NCBI GenBank assembly: GCA_002189035.1
Contig: NEEC01000016.1
Span: 2,542,001-2,606,000 of the forward strand
Reading direction: 5' to 3'
Origin: Utricularia gibba
Taxonomy: Eukaryota > Plantae > Magnoliophyta
DNA length: 64,000 nt
The translations under genes and the position numbers were made by a program. The notes under the pieces were generated by a model. That model worked only from the letters and a program-made list of their open reading frames with translations, searched no databases and had not been told where the DNA came from. Shown here piece after piece: positions 1 through 13,800 of this stretch (positions within the stretch are counted from its first letter, which is position 1; each line of letters starts with the position of its first letter).

Positions 1-3000
1 TTGTTGAGGAAGCGAGATAAGACATTTACACAAAAACACAAGTCAGGCCTTGTATGCTGGAGATAAATGAGGCTTCCAATCATACTTCTATAAGTAGTGG
101 CATCCACATTCTTTCCCTGATTGTTCTCTCCAATCACTTGTTTGTAATCCAAAGGCGTTTTTGAAGGATTGACATCTTTGAACCCAAACCTTTCAAGAAG
201 TTCATTACAGTACTTTTTCTGAGATATGAATGTTCCAACACCTTCAAGTTGATGAATTTCCATGCCTAGATAATAGGACATCATTCCAAGGTCAGTCATC
301 TTGAATTCATTTTTGAGTAGAGCTTTGAATTCCTCAATCTTCCTTTCATTACCTGAGGTAATCATAAGATCATCCACATATAAGCTAATAAATAAACGAT
401 CATCTTCTTTTCCTTTAACATATAATGAGTAATCACTATATGTTTTTCTGAAACCAATACCCTGGAGAAAGTTATCCATGCGTTCATTCCATGCTCTAGG
501 AGCTTGCTTCAACCTATAGAGAGATTTCTTTAGCTTCAATACCTTGTCTTCATGACCTGACACTTCGAAACCCTTTGGTTGTTCAACAAAAACAACCTCC
601 TCCAACACACCATTCAAGAACGCAGTCTTGACATCCATGTGATGCACTTTCCATCCATGAGCAGCTGAAATGGCAAGAAGTACTTTAATCGTGTCAAATC
701 TTGCTACTGGTGCAAAAATCTCATGAAAATTTATTCCTTTGATCTGACTATATCCCTTGGCTACTAATCTAGCCTTATATTTGTTGATAGAGCCATCTGC
801 ATTCATCTTGGTTTTGAATAACCACTTGAGGCCAATAGGTTTGAAACCCCTATCCTTGGGTTTCTCAACTAATTCCCATGTTTCATTTTCAAGTATAGAA
901 TTCATTTCTTCCTTCATGGCCTCTCTCCATTTAGGATTTTGTACAGCCACTTCAAATGATGTTGGATCTCCTGTCAATAATACAGCCAAAATATCAGCCA
1001 CAGCATCTTGGACATCATCATTCAACTTGGAGAAACTTATTGTAGGAGCCTTGTTTCTTTTGCTTCTTCTAATGTCAGTAACATGACTATCTTCATTATC
1101 TATTGAATCTCTGATGTTTTTGCGTTTCCTCCTTTGCCCATCACGATCAGATGGGTAATAATCTTCATCATCAGTATCAGGTTCCTCTCCATTAGATTCA
1201 TCTGTTGATGAGTCTTCTACATTCGTGCCTTGCTCCTCTTCTGGGATTTCGAAATTCCCATCTGAAGGTTGATCATTGGCCTGATGAGATCGTCCATACA
1301 GGGGTTCAGAGTTTGATTCTGAATTCTTATTGGGCGAGCCATCTTGATTTGTGACCTTCTCCTCCTCTTGAGCTGGAAAATTCTCATCTGAATGCTGATC
1401 ATTTACTTGATTTGAATCTTCATGAACGAGTTCTGAAGTTTCTTGGTTTGTTGAATTGCTGGAAGAGAAGTTTTGAGGCATGTGTGTCCAGAGGTCTCCT
1501 TTCACATGGGTGCTATGCCTTTCAAGACTTTTATGAGCTTCTGAATCATTCAGAGCAATGCAATTATCAATTAAAGTATACCTTGCACCTTCATCAAAAG
1601 TGACATCATGGCTGAGGATAAATTTCTTCTGTTGAGGTAGATAAACTTTATATCCCTTGGTAGTGTTGCTATAACCAACAAATACACCAGATACATATTT
1701 CTTTTCAAGTTTTCCTCGTTTTTGGTCTGGTATATGAGTAAAACACAGACTACCAAAGATATTGAGATGATCAACCTTTTTAATATAACCATGCCATTTT
1801 TCATGGGCGGTTTTTCCACTAATCGCCCTTGAAGGAAGCAAGTTCAACAGATATACATATGTAGATACCGCTTCAGCCCAGAAACTTACAGGAAGACCTT
1901 TCTCAAACAATAGGCATCTTGACATATCAAGGATTGTTCTGTTTCTCCTTTCACATATACCATTCTGTTGTGGACGGTGAATTGATGCATGATTCCCTCA
2001 TTTTCGCAGAACATTCTCATGCTATTATTGTAGAATTCGCCTCCATTGTCTGATCTAATCATCTTCAAAGAGCATCCACTCTGATTCTCGACCATCACTT
2101 TGAATTTTCGAAAGATATGAGGAAATTCTGACTTGCTTTTAAGAAAGTAAACCCAACAATAACGTGAATAATCATCAATGAATGTAACAAAGTATCTACT
2201 CCCCCCTAATGAACATTCCTTAAATGGTCCACAAACATCTGTATGCACAAGCTCTAATTTCTCCTTTGCTACTGAATCACTGGAATAAAAGGGCTTTCTA
2301 CACTGTTTACCTTGATGACACACTTCACATATGGCATTAGCAAACTTGATGTCTTTCAATTCCAGTACTTCCTTATTCTTCTGCAATATTTTCAGATTGT
2401 TGAAGCTATAGTGCCCAAAACGTTTGTGCCAAAGGCTGCTTTGATCTTGAAGTGAGAAAATACAACTTTTATGATCACTGACCATGATTTGGTAGAGGTT
2501 GTAGGTGGTCAACACAGCATGGAATTCAATCTTCGTTTTTGGATCAGCAACCTTAACTGTAGTGGTTATACCACCAGCATCTTTCATCAGCTCAATGTCA
2601 AAACCTTGCCTGCTCAATTGGCCAAAGCTCAACAGGTTCTGTTTGAGGTTTGGTGAATAATAAACATCATCAACTTGAACAATTCCTTCTTTTAGCAAGA
2701 GTAAAATGCTTCCTTTGCCCACAATGCCAATATTTTCACCAATGCACGTGCTTACCTCCTTCCCAATCCTTTCAAGCTTGAGAAATGACCTTGTATCACA
2801 ACATACATGATAGGAGGCGCCAGAGTCCAAGTACCAGCCTTTAGCATCTGAGGCTACTGTCATTAGAGCACACTCATACTCAAAAGGATCTTCAAAAGAT
2901 ATTTCTGGCTCATCTTCAAAGTAGGTAAAGGATGCATGTGATTTCTCTTCCCTGGAAGTAGCCTTCTTGTTATGCTCAACTTTTATTGGATTTGACATTC

Positions 3001-3994
3001 CACATACCTTGTCAAGATGGCCTCTTTGATTGCATTTCGTGCACAAAGCATCAGGCTTCCACCAACAAAACTCACTCCTGTGATTCTGTTTGTTACAATG
3101 CTTGCAAGCATTTGTGCTTAAAGTCCAACAATCTTCACTCTTATGGTTGGATTTGTCACAATGCCTGCACTTCTGATTGCCCATCGTTGATGTGGGGATT
3201 GACGTTGGTGATTGTTTGATGGCTGTTGATTTGACATCCTTGACATTGTTAATTGCACCTGAGTTTATATTCATATTCTGCATTTTGGTGAGGAGAGCAG
3301 CTTCACCATAAGTTTTCTCAACTTCATAACCATCTCTTAGCTCCAATCTCTTTTGTGTAGATTGCAACTCAATCATGAACTCTCTAAATGTTGGCTCTGG
3401 TGTAACAGGATATTCAGGATATAACTGATGGAGCTTTCCTTCAATAATGTCAAGGATTCTTCTTTCTGTCTCAAGTGCACATAACTTTGGCTCGAATCTT
3501 GCAGGTAGGCTCATGATTGCCTTGCTAATCACCTTTTGATCCTCAAGTTGTTTCCCCAATCCTCGAATCTCCTTCACAAGCTTCGCAGTACGTTCATAAT
3601 AGACTTGTATGGTTTCATTGTCTAACATTTTGTTCCTATCAAAGTCCTCCAACTTGTTTTTGCATAATATTTCTCTAAGTTTGGCATCACCTTCATAATG
3701 GGATTTGAGAGTATCCCATATTTCTTTTGCTGATTGACACTCTGCAATATCATCAAATAGATGTTCAGAGATGGCTTGATACAAGGCATCCATTGCTTCA
3801 TCTTTTCTCTGTTGAAGATATTCAGCTTCCTCTTGCTGTTCTGATGTGGATTTGCTTGTTATTGTAATCGTCGGAATCTCCCTTTCAACAACATCCCAAA
3901 TCTTTCTGACCCGCAGGTAGCTGCGCATCTTTTTGACCCTGCTTCCATACCCTGAACCATCAAATATTGGAGGTCCTCTACCAGATGCCATCAT
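1..3994 (-). pseudogene. copia gag-pol, frameshifted in integrase
   Basis: MASGRGPPIFDG gag start, three CCHC knuckles, YLDSGAS protease, [22 protein letters not shown] integrase. A 10-bp deletion destroys VPYSPQQNG (reads FTVHNRMV). Confidence 0.9.
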
Positions 3995-4100
3995 AGCCAC
4001 CGCTTGAAAAGCTTTGAGTTGATACTTTGTAATCCACCAAGTAAAAAACGCTGAACGGTAAATAAAATACTGAAACGAGCACAGGTTTGAGAACCTTACT

Positions 4101-4112
4101 GCTCTGATACCA
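4101..4112 (-). promoter_or_regulatory. primer binding site (tRNA-iMet)
   Basis: TGGTATCAGAGC directly after the LTR end CAACA. Also at 5310-5321, 11204-11215, after the 22183 LTR and in both arms at 44-49 kb. Confidence 0.92.
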
Positions 4113-4605
4113 TGTTGATGCAAGAAAAAGAGAGTCTTGGGAAGTAACAAAAAGGTAATGCTTTTGAGATCACCTTAAATGAAAAACGACTCATGAACAA
4201 TAAGAATGACCAAAACCATCATTCACGCATTTCTAGTAGGGTTTATATATACCCAATACCTAGGTTACCCAACAGTGGGCCACAATTATTGAAAACATAC
4301 AAAAAGCCCAACAACTCGAATCGAACACTTCCATGCTCGAACTCAACACCTTTTTAATCTGAAATATAACATTATGACACAAGATTAGTGCTTCCAATCA
4401 CCTTCAAACTTTGGATTGAGGCTGATCTCCAACAATTGAGAAGTGAATATTATTAGCCAACCATGAAGCAAGATATTACTGAAACAATAATATCTTTTCC
4501 TTTCTTTTCCTCCTATTTTAATCTTAATTTTAAAACCTCACATAAGTGGTTTTCTGTTATATTATATTTATGATTTTTAATAACTTTTTTAGATCCTTTT
4601 ATGCG

Positions 4606-4988
4606 TGATGGGGCATTAATCCGACTGAGTTAATCGGTCTATGAAAAGTAGCCAAAGGGTGTTTTGATGCCCTAGTGCAGGCCGACAGACCGATAACTAT
4701 CAGGACTTGTCAATGGTGGCCGTTTCAGACAAACCGAAAAGTAGCCAAATTATGGCAATAGCATAGCAGTCGGCAGTTATCCAGGGGTAGAACCGTAGTA
4801 CGTACAGCAGACGTAGAAAGCAGCCAACACTTGCAGAACCCCGAATTCAGTCGGGTTCACCCCATCTATAAATGCGAGAAACATTACAGTGGAAGGGGTT
4901 CAACTCGAAGCCCCCCCTCCCCCAACTTGTATCTTTTCCCACCATCTCCGTCTAGTGAAGATTTCCTCGACGAGCTCCGACAACTCCG
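4606..4988 (+). mobile_element. Tat-family LTR fragment interrupted by a copia LTR
   Basis: Starts TGATGGGG and aligns with the Tat LTR at 62929-63360 (TATAAAT, CTAGTGAAG...GAGCTC motifs). Mirrored at 21629-22011. Confidence 0.65.
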
Positions 4989-5365
4989 TGTTGGAGATCA
5001 GCCTCAATCCAAAGTTTGAAGGTGATTGGAAGCACTAATCTTGTGTCATAATGTTATATTTCAGATAAAAAGTGTTGAGTTCGAGCATGGAAGTGTTGGA
5101 TTCGAGTTGTTGGGCTTTTTGTGTGTTTTCAATAATTGTGGCCCACTGTTGGGTAACCTAGGTATTGGGTATATATAAACCCTACTAGGAATGCGTGAAT
5201 GAGGGTTTTCGGTCATTTTTATTGTTCATGAGTCGTTTTTCATCCAAGGTGATCTCAGAAGCATTACCTTTTTGTTACTTCCCAAGACTCTCTTTTTCTT
5301 GCATCAACATGGTATCAGAGCAGTAAGGTTCTCAAACCTGTGCTCGTTTCAGTATTTTATTTACC
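4989..5365 (+). mobile_element. copia 5' LTR + PBS stub
   Basis: TGTTGGAGATC...GCATCAACA (4989-5309), PBS and ~45 further internal bases, then a junction to Athila RT. Mirrored at 21252-21628. Confidence 0.92.
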
Positions 5366-5568
5366 TTTTTGGAAATTAGGTGCCCTAAAAATTCCATTAT
5401 CCACCAAAAAATGATATTTTTCAGAATTTAAAACCAAATTCTTTTCCACACATTTCTTCAAAACCTGATCCAAATGGTCTAAGCTTGACTCAAAATTTTC
5501 TCCATTTACCATAAAATCATTCATAAATATTTCAATAAAGTAAATAATCCCTCTCTCATTCCACAAAG
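5366..5568 (-). pseudogene. Athila-like RT fragment
   Basis: IEIFMNDFMVNGENFESSLDHLDQVLKKCVEKNLVLNSEKYHF is a degenerate FMDDF region. Mirrored at 21049-21252. Confidence 0.8.
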
Positions 5569-6134
5569 TGATGAGCCCCAGGAAGATAATGAAGTGTATT
5601 TGAAGAATGATGAAGAGTTTGTCCAAGTGAACACATTAGAAACAAAGATGATTCAACCAGGACCAATGACTAGGAGCAAGACAAAGATGGTGGAAGATAC
5701 ACTTAAGTGTCTACTCAATACCATTGGAATCAAACATGGGCTTGAAGAAATCCCATGAAAAGAGCTCAACTACTTGAACGTGGATTTACCTTAGAGCATT
5801 GGGCTTGTTAGACTTTTCTATTTCATTTAGTTTGGGCTATATAATGTTAGAGCCCAATCCTAGAGTATAAATACTCTAGAGATTTACTATTTCAGGATCT
5901 GTAGTCATTTGATGTATGTTGTGAGGATTCTCCTCTTCTTTGAGTGGTTGAACACTCTGGACTTATCAAGCTTCGAGCTTGTGGTGTCTTAGGATTATCA
6001 CTTCCAATTCCAACTATTTTTGAAGTGTGGCTCCTAAATTTCCTTTCTTTTCAAAGTCTGGTTGCAAGAGATTGATTCTCTTGAGGGTAGACTTGAGTGG
6101 GTTTCTTTCTAGGCTTCCAGATCACTTCTTGTTG
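5569..6134 (+). mobile_element. CRM-lineage LTR, 3' end truncated
   Basis: Starts TGATGAGCCCC and encodes GPMTRSKTK (CR-motif-like). Homologous to 39343-39886 and 41816-42404. Mirrored at 20483-21048. Confidence 0.8.
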
Positions 6135-6136
6135 AA

Positions 6137-6415
6137 TGATGGGGGATAAATCAATCGAGCGTAATCGGCTTCCAAAATGCTGCCAAAAGACACTCTGAGG
6201 GGATAATGCCAGTCTACAGACCGATATTTATCAGAGATCTGACAGATATGACCATATGGCACAGTCTGAAAAGCGAGATCGTATAGCAGGTGCAGAAAGC
6301 AACCGATATTTGCAGATGTTAGGATTCGGCCATATTGAGCTCTTCTTTAAATCGAAGCATTCATTACGGAGAATGGGTTTGACCCTAAGAACTCTTCAAC
6401 TTATATCATTTTCTT
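6137..6415 (+). mobile_element. Tat LTR 5' part, truncated
   Basis: Nearly identical to the PPT-adjacent LTR at ~31395-31673. Mirrored at ~20203-20480. Confidence 0.8.
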
Positions 6416-6419
6416 CAAC

Positions 6420-9400
6420 AAGTAAACCCTAGGTGCTTTCTCATGAGGGTGGGGGGGTGGTGAGAGAGGTCCACTAGAACATGCAATGTGTCCATGGAAG
6501 ATTTTACTCCTTTATGAAACCGTTTCAATCTCTAAATATTTACCATAAATTCTCCATGATCACGGTGAGTGATGAGGACTGCTCCACTAGGGTAGATTTT
6601 CTTGATGGTGTATGGTCCACGCCATCTAGACTTGAGCTCTCCTGGAAAGAGGCAAAAAGGAGAGTTAAATAACAAAATTGGGTCACCTTCTGCCAGGTCC
6701 TTCTTGCGCAAGTGATTGTCATGCCAAGCCTTCATTTGTTCCTTGTACAGTTTTGTATTTTCGTAGGCACTCATCCTTAGCTCGTCCAGCTCTTGGAGTT
6801 GCAAGATCCTCTGCTCTCCAGCTGCGTTGGCATCCAAATTTAATTCTTTGATAGCTCAATATGCCTTGTGCTCTAATTCCACAACCAAGTGACAAGCTTT
6901 TCCATACACCAAACGATAAGGGGAGGTCCCCAAGGGAGTCTTATACGCTGTGGTATAAGCCCATAAAGCACCAGTTATTTTAGTTGCCCAATCCTTGCGA
7001 GTTTTGGCCACCGTACGCTCCAGAATCCTCTTCAATTCCCTGTTAGTTACCTCCACTTGTCTGCAGGTTTGTGGGTGATATGGAGTTGATGCCTTGTGTC
7101 TCACTCCATACTTGCGCAAGAGCTTCCGGAATTCTCTTTCAATGAACTGTTTCCCTCCATCACTTATAGCGTATCTTGGGGCTCCAAACCTGGGTAGAAT
7201 GATCTGTTTGAAGAGCTTAATTATGGCTCTTCGATCAGCTGCTGGAGCCGCAATAGCTTCTACCCATTTTGAGACATAATCCACTGCTACAAGAATTTGA
7301 GTGTTTCCATAAGAAGATGGAAAGGGTCCCATAAAATCCAGCCCCCAAACATCGAAAATTTCCACCTCCAGGATATAAGTCATGGGTCCTTCATCTCTCC
7401 TGGAAATAGAACCCGCATGCTGACATGGTTCGCATGCTTGAACAAATGCCCTCACATCTTGACTCATGGTGGACCAATAAAATCCAGATTGAAGAATTTT
7501 GAAGAGTGTTTTTGATGCTGCTGAATGCCCTCCATAGGGTGATGAATGGCAGTGCCAAATAACGTCCCTTACCTCCTCTGGTGGTAGGCATCTTCTGATA
7601 ATTCCATCACCACAACGTTTGAAAAGCATAGATTCTTCCCAGAAATAATGCTTTGCTTGCGCAAGGAAGCGCTTCCGCTGGTTGAAGTTCAGATTTTGGG
7701 GCAAGACTCCTCCAACAAGATAATTGACAAAATCAGCATACCATGGCAGATTGCCATCTTGGACAGCAAGGATACGTTCTGTGGGGGAAAGAATCATCAA
7801 TGGGCAACTCCCCCCACACTTGTTTCAAGGTGTAGGTGTGACAAATGATCAGCCACTCCATTTTCCTTGCCCTTCTTGTCACGAATTTCCATATCAAATT
7901 CTTGCAGAAGTAGTATCCATCTTATCAACCTGGGTTTCGATTACTGCTTTCTCAAAAGATATCTCAAGGCAGCGTGATCCGTATGAACAATTACCTTTGC
8001 ACCCAACAAATAGGATCTGAATTTTTCAATGGCAAAAACAATGGCCAACAACTCATTTTCTGTGGTTGTGTAGTTCCTTTGGGCTGCATTGGGAGTTGTT
8101 CTGGCATAATAAATCACATAATTTACCTTGTCTTTTTTCTGTCCAAGAACAGCCCCTACAACACAATCACTTGCATCACACATCAATTCAAATGGCAAGG
8201 TCCAATCTGGTGGTTGAAGAATGGGTGCAGTAATAAGAGCTTGCTTCAGCGTGTTGAAGGCGTGCACACATTGTTCATGAAAACAAAAATCCGCGTCTTG
8301 CGCAAGCAGCGTTGTTAGTGGGCGAGAAATGTGAGAAAAATTAGCAATAAATCTCCTATAAAATTCTGCATGCTCCAAGAAGCTTCTAATCCCCTTCACC
8401 GTAGTTGGTTCTGGTAATTTTTCAATCACCTCGATTTTTGCTGGATCCACTTGAATGCCTTTGGAAGAAATGTGATGTCCAAGCACAATGACTTCTTCAA
8501 CCATAAAATGACACTTCTCCCAATTGAGTACCAGGTTGCATTCAATACGCCTCTCCAAAATGATGCCTAAGTTCTACAAACATGAATCGAAATCAGTCCC
8601 ATAAACAGATATATCATCCATAAATACCTCCATGATCTTCTCCATATGTTCCGAAAAAATGGCTGTCATGCAATGCTGAAAAGTTCCAGGAGCATTGCAC
8701 AAACCGAATGGCATTCTCTTGTATGCAAAGGTGCCAAAAGGGCAAGTAAATGTGGTCTTGTGTTGATCTTCCGGATGAATTGGAATCTGAAAATATCCGG
8801 AATAACCATCAAGGTAACAATAGAAAGCTTGGTTACTTAACCTTTCCATAATTTGATCAATAAATGGTAATGGTTAATGATCCTTTCTGGTGGCATCATT
8901 GAGTTTCTGAAAATCTATACACATCCTCCAGCTAGTGACCTTGTGCAAGGGGATGAGGTCTTCCTTCTCGTTTTGTCACTGTCATGCCTCCTTTCTTTGG
9001 TACGCAGTGCGCTGGGCTAACCCATTAGCTATTTGAAATAGAGTAGATGATATCAGCATCCAACAATTTCAAAATTTCGTTTTTAATCACTTCTTTTAGC
9101 ATAGGATTCGCCCGCCTTTGTTGTTGCACAATTGGTCTCGCCTCAGGTTCCAAATAAATCCGATGGGTGTAGAATTGAGGGTCAAGCCCTTTCAAGTCAT
9201 CCAAGGTGTACCCAATGGCTTGTTTGTGCTTGCGCAAGACATCCAGCATTTGGGTGTAGTATTCATTCAATCCTGCATTAACAATCATGGGGTAAGTGAT
9301 CATCCTCAAGAAATTCGTACCTCAATGATGGTGGCAGCTTCTTCAACTCAATTTTTTCTCTAGCATCAAGTTCCTTGTTTGTTAGCTGAGCCATGATTGG

Positions 9401-10083
9401 TGTGTCATCTGGAATGTCTTCTTTTTCATCCTGCAGAAGATTTATTTCCTGAATTCCGCGCAGAAAAACTGCTTGCGCCTGCTCCTGCATAACAGCATCT
9501 TCCGCTTCCCTTTGCGCAAGCTCGTCGCAGTCAAATCGCTTCATTGCTTGATCAACATTGAACTTCAGTTCCTCTTCTCCGAATCTGAGTGTCAATTTCC
9601 CTGCTCTAACATCAATTAAGGCTCCTGTGGTTGCCATAAAGGGTCTCTCAAAAATGATTGGCACTACCACATCAAGTGCCATATCCAAAACAACAAAATC
9701 ACAAGTAACAAAATATTTTCCAATTTTTACCGGTACGTTTTCTACCACTCCTTTGGGATTCTTCATGGATTTATCAGCAAATACCAGTTGAATTTTCGTG
9801 GTTCTTAGCTCCTCAAGATTCAGTGCTTTGAATAAAAAATAAGGCATCAAGCTGATACTTGACCCAAGATCATATAAGCACTTCTCAAAATTGCTTCTTC
9901 CAATGATACAAGGGATTGAAAAAATTCCATGATTTGCATGCTTTTGAATCAACCCCTGTGTAAGAACCGTGCTGCACTGCTTGGATAATTCAATAACAGC
10001 ATCATTCTCAATCTTGCTTCGATTGGCCAGAATATCCTTCAAGAATTTCGCATAAGTGGGCATTTGCAACATCACATCAGTGG
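6420..10083 (-). pseudogene. Athila pol (PR-RT-RH-INT) copy 1, multiple stops and frameshifts
   Basis: YDLGSSISLMP protease, LDGYSGY/FMDD RT, CDASD RNase [14 protein letters not shown] integrase. Confidence 0.92.
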
Positions 10084-10883
10084 ATGCACAGCCTGTTCCT
10101 CCATTTCCTCTGCATGCCGAGTGTTGTTCTCACCTCCAGCCTCCTCCTGATTCTTTTCCTCCAGAATTTCATTTTCAGCCTTCGGAACCTCCTCTGCCGC
10201 CTCTTCTTCATTTCTGGAAATTCTAGAATTTTCCTCCATGGTGGGCAGCACTTGTTCTTCCGGCACAACATGTTCCTTCGCATGCACAGGTTCCTTCAGC
10301 AAAGCCTTCTGCTTTTTTGTCCCATGTTTCTTTCCCTTCTTCTTAGACGTGATCTGCGGCAATGTTGGTGGTTCTTTCGCTGGAGATTTTCTCTTCTTAT
10401 AAGTCTACTGCATGTCCTTCAATCGTTGCTGAAGGCTAGTATGTTCTAATTTGGAGGCTGGGTCCTTCCGTTTATTCCTCTTAGAGGATTCCCCCACCTC
10501 TCCCGTCTGAGGAATCACGTCCACTTCCCAGAGGTTCTCTTTAATGGCAGCAGCAGGCTGAACCGCTTCTTCCTGGGTTGGAGCAATAGTGGTGGCGGCA
10601 CAGCATCCCCAGTGCCATCCTTCACTTGCTCCTTCTGCATCTTTTTCTGGCCAGGCTTCTCTTTTGCAGTATTCTTTGCGCTTCGTGTTGCGGCATTGTG
10701 TTTCTAATTCTGTAATTTTTCGTAGAAAAATCGCAGACAAATGAGTGAAGTGAAGAATAGTAACTGTTCTTCAAAGTAATTTTAAGCATGAAGGGCATTT
10801 CTATCATTCCCCTTTGGTACAACTTCCCACTCATCTCAACGGTCTGATTTTTTTGTAAGTCCTCATCAATAACTCCTCTTAAC
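10084..10883 (-). pseudogene. single-copy spacer: Glu/Lys-rich ORF remnant, probably a gypsy accessory or linker region
   Basis: Broken ORFs 10405-10740 and 10072-10362 of low complexity, with no diagnostic motif recognised. Confidence 0.35.
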
Positions 10884-13800
10884 TGTTGGAGCTCAGCCTC
10901 AATCCAAAGTTTGAAGGTGATTGGAAGCACTAATCTTGTGTCATAATGTTATATTTCAGATAAAAAGTGTTGAGTTCGAGCATGGAAGTGTTGGATTCGA
11001 GTTGTTGGGCTTTTTGTGTGTTTTCAATAATTGTGGCCCACTGTTGGGTAACCTAGGTATTGGGTATATATAAACCCTACTAGAAATGCGTGAATGATGG
11101 TTTTGGTCATTCTTATTGTTCGTGAGTCGTTTTCCATCCAAGGTGATCTCAAAAGCATTACCTTTTTGTTACTTCCCAATACTCTCTTTTTCTTGCATCA
11201 ACATGGTATCAGAGCAGTAAGGTTCTCTAACCTGTGCTCGTTTCAGTATTTTATTTACCGTTCAGCGTTTTTTCCTTGGTGGATTACAAAGTATCAACCC
11301 AAAGCTTTTCAAGCGGTGGCTATGATGGCATCTGGTAGAGGACCTCCAAAATTTGATGGTTCAGGGTATGGAAGCTGGGTCAAAAAGATGCGCAGCTACC
11401 TGCGGGTCAGAAAGATTTGGGATGTTGTCGAAAGGGAGATTCCGGCGATTACAATAACAAGCAAATCCACATCAGAACAGCAAGAGGCAGCTGAATATCT
11501 TCAACAGAGAAAAGATGAAGCAATGGATGCCTTGTATCAAGCCATCTCTGAACATCTATTTGATGATATTACAGAGTGTCAATCAGCAAAAGAAATATGG
11601 GATACTCTCAAATCCCATTATGAAGGTGATGCCAAACTGAGAGAAATATTATGCAAAAACAAGCTGGAGGACTTTGAGAGGAACAAAATGTTAGACAATG
11701 AAACCATACAAGTCTATTATGAACGTACTGCGAAGCTTGTGAAGGAGATTCGAGGATTGGGGGAAATACTTGAGGATCAAAAGGTGATTAGCAAGGCAAT
11801 CATGAGCCTACCTGCAAGATTCGAGCCAAAGTTATGTGCATTTGAGACAGAAAGAAAAATCCTTGACATTATTGAAGGAAAGCTCCATCAGTTATATCCT
11901 GAATATACTGTTACACCAGAGCCAACATTTAGAGAGTTCATGATTGAGTTGCAATTTACAAAAAAGAGATTGGAGCTAAGAGATGGTTATGAAGTTGAGA
12001 AAACTTATGGTGAAGCTGCTCTCCTCACCAAAATGCAGAATATGAATATAAACTCAGGTGCAATTAACAATGTCAAGGATGTCAAATCAACAGCCATCAA
12101 ACAATCACCAACGTCAATCCCCACATCAACGATGGGCAATCAGAAGTGCAGGCATTGTGACAAATCCAACCATAAGAGTGAAGATTGTTGGACTTTAAGC
12201 ACAAATGCTTGCAAGCATTGTAACAAACAGAATCACAGGAGTGAGTTTTGTTGGTGGAAGCCTGATGCTTTGTGCACGAAATGCAATCAAAGAGGCCATC
12301 TTGACAAGGTATGTGGAATGTCAAATCCAATAAAAGTTGAGCATAACAAGAAGGCTACTTCCAGGGAAGAGAAATCACATGCATCCTTTACCTACTTTGA
12401 AGATGAGCCAGAAATATCTTTTGAAGATCCTTTTGAGTATGAGTGTGCTCTAATGACAGTAGCCTCAGATGCTAAAGGCTGGTACTTGGACTCTGGCGCC
12501 TCCTATCATGTATGTTGTGATACAAGGTCATTTCTCAAGCTTGAAAGGATTGGAAAGGAGGTAAGCACGTGCACTGGTAAAAATATTGGCATTGTGGGCA
12601 AAGGAAGCATTTTACTCTTGCTAAAAGAAGGAATTGTTCAAGTTGATGATGTTTATTATTCACCAAACCTCAAACAGAACCTGTTGAGCTTTGGCCAATT
12701 GAGCAGGCAAGGTTTTGACATTGAGCTGATGAAAGATGCTGGTGGTATAACCACTACAGTTAAGGTTGCTAATCCAAAAACGAAGATTGAATTCCATGCT
12801 GTGTTGACCACCTACAACCTCTACCAAATCATGGTCAGTGATCATAAAAGTTGTATTTTCTCACTTCAAGATCAAAGCAGCCGTTGGCACAAACGTTTTG
12901 GGCACTATAGCTTCAACAATCTGAAAATATTGCCGAAGAATAAGGAAGTACTGGAATTGAAAGACATCAAGTTTGCTAATGCCATATGTGAAGTGTGTCA
13001 TCAAGGTAAACAGTGTAGAAAGCACTTTTATTCCAGTGATTCAGTAGCAAAGGAGAAATTAGAGCTTGTGCATACAGATGTTTGTGGACCATTTAAGGAA
13101 TGTTCATTAGGGGGAGTAGATACTTTGTTACATTCATTGATGATTATTCACGTTATTGTTGGGTTTACTTTCTTAAAAGCAAGTCAGAATTTCCTCATAT
13201 CTTTCGAAAATTCAAAGTGATGGTCGAGAATCAGAGTGGATGCTCTTTGAAGATGATTAGATCAGACAATGGAGGCGAATTCTACAATAATAGCATGAGA
13301 ATGTTCTGTGAAAATGAGGGAATCATGCATCAATACACCGTCCACAACAGAATGGTATATGTGAAAGGAGAAACAGAACAATCCTTGATATGTCAAGATG
13401 CCTATTGTTTGAGAAAGGTCTTCCTGTAAGTTTCTGGGCTGAAGCGGTATCTACTTATGTATATCTGTTGAACTTGCTTCCTTCAAGGGCGATTAGTGGA
13501 AAAACCGCCCATGAAAAATGGCATGGTTATATTAAAAAGGTTGATCATCTCAATATCTTTGGTAGTCTGTGTTTTACTCATATACCAGACCAAAAACGAG
13601 GAAAACTTGAAAAGAAATCTGTATCTGGTGTATTTGTTGGTTATAGCAACACTACCTAGGGATATAAAGTTTATCTACCTCAACAGAAGAAATTTATCCT
13701 CAGCCATGATGTCACTTTTGATGAAGGTGCAAGGTATACTTTAATTGATGATTGCATTGCTCTGAATGATGCAGAAGCTCATAAAAGTCTTGAAAGGCAT

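Larger units (their letters stand above)
1..4434 (-). mobile_element. Ty1/copia element copy L (Ivana/Ale-like); 3' part runs off the window start
   Basis: 5' LTR at 4113-4434, PBS at 4101-4112, gag-PR-INT ORF 1886-4150. RT sequence at 1-1100 is the reverse complement of copy R. Confidence 0.95.

Noticed and set aside
11094-11321. N-terminal extension of copia gag through LTR and PBS (..HQHGIRAVRFSNL..)
   Set aside because: The ORF caller uses non-ATG starts inside the LTR; recognisable gag starts at MMASGRGPP. An open leader of ~120 nt is not surprising.
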